This document shows, piece after piece, positions 63,505 to 64,000 of a stretch of DNA of 64,000 nucleotides (position 1 is its first letter; every line of letters starts with the position of its first letter). Origin of the DNA: Nitrososphaerota archaeon (GTDB taxonomy: Archaea; Thermoproteota; Nitrososphaeria_A; Caldarchaeales; Caldarchaeaceae). The translations under genes and the position numbers were made by a program. The notes beneath the pieces are model-generated. The model was not told where the DNA came from and made no database searches. It saw only the letters and a list, made by a program, of their open reading frames with translations. The stretch is taken from positions 26,841 to 90,840 of the forward strand of contig JBEPYN010000003.1 in NCBI GenBank assembly GCA_041641305.1, written 5' to 3'.

Positions 63505-64000
63505 CCGAGGCATCTTCTAATCTTGGCTGCTCTAAGCAGCTCCTGACGGGCCTCCTCCAAGTTTTCCTCCATGTATGCTATTAGGAAGTTGTTGATTATG
63601 TTGCTGTATTTTCTCTCCGAAGGCGACTTGGGCCCAGGCTTGATGTTGAGAACCTCCTGAGCCGTCTCAAGGTCCTCCACATAGAGCGGCAGCGCTTCCC
63701 TGAGGGGCTGCAGCTCAGGCTTCCCGGCTGATTCATCGCCCAGAAGCATGTTGATGTTGTCGAAACAAACCAGCGGAGCTACTCTCCGAAGGTCGTCCAC
63801 CAATCCTCTGTAGAACTGCTGCAATACATCGAACTCTTCTTCGGTGAGGTTGTGGAGGACACGGAGGCCGATGAACTCGGGAGGCAGCCCAAGCGTGTAG
63901 AGGGAGCAGGCGTAGGGAATGGCGCGGGGTAGCTCAACCCCGCCCAACATCCGAGAATAGGAGAAAACACCGATGTGTAGTTTACGTCTACGCCTCATCG
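63501..64000 (-). CDS. ppcA: Archaeal-type phosphoenolpyruvate carboxylase, C-terminal fragment (5' part outside the window)
   Basis: The frame is open to the window edge. ...HIGVFSYSRMLGGVELPRAIPYACSLYTLGLPPEFIGL... resembles the PepcA C-terminus. This assignment is from memory. Confidence 0.55.
   Translation of the reverse strand, partial: MRRRRKLHIGVFSYSRMLGGVELPRAIPYACSLYTLGLPPEFIGLRVLHNLTEEEFDVLQQFYRGLVDDLRRVAPLVCFDNINMLLGDESAGKPELQPLREALPLYVEDLETAQEVLNIKPGPKSPSERKYSNIINNFLIAYMEENLEEARQELLRAAKIRRCLG

Noticed and set aside
1-64000. Search for CRISPR arrays, IS elements or transposases, integrases, restriction-modification or other known defence genes, rRNA operons, inteins and tRNA introns.
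   Set aside because: I found no regularly spaced direct repeats, no transposase- or integrase-like translations in any ORF, and no interrupted conserved genes. Both tRNAs fold without introns.

Overview
The window is a compact archaeal chromosomal segment. Archaeal markers include type V fructose-1,6-bisphosphate aldolase/phosphatase, aIF2-beta, aIF6, L31e, prefoldin alpha, CDP-archaeol synthase, a DGGGP-synthase-like UbiA enzyme, tRNA-splicing endonuclease, DnaG, Pelota, Nob1, an archaeal-type PEP carboxylase fragment and an archaeal SRP RNA with an Alu domain. I support about 75 protein genes, 2 tRNAs (Leu-CAG, Thr-CGU), 1 SRP RNA, 2 adjacent gene remnants and a few promoter or operator elements. 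I saw no CRISPR array, IS element, integrase, rRNA or recognisable defence genes. The content is mostly housekeeping and metabolism: two Glu dehydrogenase paralogues, HMG-CoA reductase, AhcY, GuaA, QueC/QueD, NAD kinase, two LLM-type oxidoreductases, peptide, phosphonate and metal ABC transporters, and hydantoinase A/B. The least explained parts are these: (1) a tightly coupled minus-strand array of MoxR, DUF58, a DUF4129-like protein and four membrane or surface proteins, ending in fbp (4868-11872); (2) a PIN-ATPase gene coupled to an NreA-like gene (16576-19322); (3) a tandem ThyX-fold protein coupled to QueD and QueC (32082-34608); (4) a gene-decay scar beside tRNA-Thr (22319-24152); (5) two small ORFs missing from the supplied track, histone-fold-like at 4661-4837 and zinc ribbon at 19796-19957; (6) overlapping palindromes at the metal ABC promoter. 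All family assignments rest on motifs I recognise by eye and from memory. No database search was run, and nothing here proves a new system.
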